A stretch of 25,568 bases of DNA, taken from contig JANQRQ010000201.1 of NCBI GenBank assembly GCA_028284485.1, forward strand, positions 1 through 25,568. The letters are read 5' to 3'. Source of the stretch: Planctomycetaceae bacterium (lineage in GTDB: Bacteria > Planctomycetota > Planctomycetia > Planctomycetales > Planctomycetaceae). The position numbers and the translations under genes are program-made. The notes beneath the pieces are model-generated. The model was not told the origin of the DNA and searched no databases. It saw nothing but the letters and a program-made list of their open reading frames with translations. Shown here one piece after another: positions 24,835 to 25,568 of the stretch (positions within the stretch are counted from its first letter, which is position 1; every line of letters begins with the position of its first letter).

Positions 24835-25568
24835 ATGGCACGCCAATTCAACTTCAGAATGCCGCAAAGCATGATTGCATCGCTCGTCATCGGGGCGGCG
24901 ATGTTTGTCGGAGTCGGCTGGTTCTTGATCGAGTGGGGCTACAATCGCGTCTATGTCCCCGTCGGTTCGAGCTTGCTGCTACGGTACAAAGGCCCGCCGC
25001 TGCCGATTCCCGGACTTGGTGTCCGTCCACAGGCCGACAGCGGACAATTCGCAAAGGTTGACGAAGACGGCAATCCCCTGCAATTGGGCGTTCTCGAAGA
25101 AATGGTCGGACCGGGCAGACACTTTTATTGCCCGCTGTGGTGGGAACGCAAGCCGGTCGAGGACCAAGTTGTCGAACCAGGACAGGTTGGCATCGTCACC
25201 AGCAAAATGGGCAAAGAATTGCCCAACGGCCAGTACGTCGTCGATGGCGACTTGGGCAGCACCGAGTACAAAGGCATCATGCGAAAAGCCTTCGGACCCG
25301 GGCGGTATCGAGTCAATCCGTACGCGTACGATTTCGAAATTGTCAAGTTGGAAACAATTGCCTCGGGTAATCAAGTCAAGCATGCCGGTTGGGTCGAAAT
25401 CCCGACAGGTGATGTCGGCGTCGTGACCAATCTGACCGACAATGCATCAACGGGAGCGACTAAGGGTATTCAGCAAACCGTGCTCCCGCCAGGGATTTAC
25501 CCGACGAACCCCAAGGAACAACATATCGACATCGTCAACATTGGATTTCGTGAGAGAAGCATTACGGC
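24835..25568 (+). CDS. Second SPFH-like membrane protein, paralogue of the upstream gene; 3' end truncated by the window end
   Basis: ATG at 24835 with AGGAG 8 nt upstream. It reads MARQFNFRMPQSMIASLVIGAAMFVGVGWFLIEW (TM). It then repeats the same unit seen in the upstream protein: GPGRHFYCPLWWERKPVEDQVVEPGQVGIVTS / GPGRYRVNPYAYDFEIVKLE...GDVGVVTNLTD / PPGIYPTNPKEQHIDIVNIGFRE. The frame is open to 25568, so there is no stop and it is absent from the ORF track. Confidence 0.65.
   Translation, partial: MARQFNFRMPQSMIASLVIGAAMFVGVGWFLIEWGYNRVYVPVGSSLLLRYKGPPLPIPGLGVRPQADSGQFAKVDEDGNPLQLGVLEEMVGPGRHFYCPLWWERKPVEDQVVEPGQVGIVTSKMGKELPNGQYVVDGDLGSTEYKGIMRKAFGPGRYRVNPYAYDFEIVKLETIASGNQVKHAGWVEIPTGDVGVVTNLTDNASTGATKGIQQTVLPPGIYPTNPKEQHIDIVNIGFRERSIT

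Noticed and set aside
1-25568. Scan for tRNA/rRNA, CRISPR arrays, transposases, integrases and IS inverted repeats
   Set aside because: No cloverleaf-compatible conserved tRNA boxes were found in intergenic regions. There are no spaced direct-repeat arrays beyond the single 2-copy repeat. There are no transposase-like or integrase-like translations. The window looks like stable core chromosome.

Overview
This 25.6-kb window is a moderately GC-rich chromosomal segment with a strong planctomycete signature. The evidence is a DUF1501/PSCyt-PSD1 gene pair, many TAT or Sec signal peptides, and an H4MPT-type C1 gene (mch). I support 23 protein-coding genes, two clear Rho-independent terminators and one tandem direct repeat. 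I find no rRNA, tRNA, CRISPR array or mobile element.

Genes from left to right:
- A DUF1501 sulfatase-like protein (3' end truncated) and its partner, a giant PSCyt1/PSCyt2/LamG/PSD1 protein.
- A divergent TAT-signal sugar-phosphate isomerase/epimerase-like TIM-barrel protein.
- A class I SAM methyltransferase.
- A long run of minus-strand genes (17228 down to 6836):
  - a TAT-exported three-subunit molybdenum hydroxylase (2Fe-2S, Moco and FAD subunits) followed by a 72-aa Cys-rich ORF, then a strong terminator;
  - a secreted Cys-motif protein, then another strong terminator;
  - a terminator-free string: two secreted hypothetical proteins, a DapA-family class I aldolase, methenyl-H4MPT cyclohydrolase (Mch), a RimK/MptN-type ATP-grasp ligase and an IMPase-family phosphatase, the last two coupled by a TAATG stop/start overlap.
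- A DUF1445 hydro-lyase divergent from a MOSC-domain protein.
- A cyclophilin PPIase, a RluA-family pseudouridine synthase and the soluble transhydrogenase SthA.
- Two tandem paralogous SPFH/Band-7 membrane proteins with unusual N-terminal repeat units (the second truncated by the window end).

The most interesting candidates are the mch/ATP-grasp/IMPase/DapA-like cofactor module, the periplasmic Mo-enzyme with its Cys-rich mini-ORF, and the tandem repeat-bearing SPFH pair. All family assignments come from reading motifs in the translations, not from database searches.
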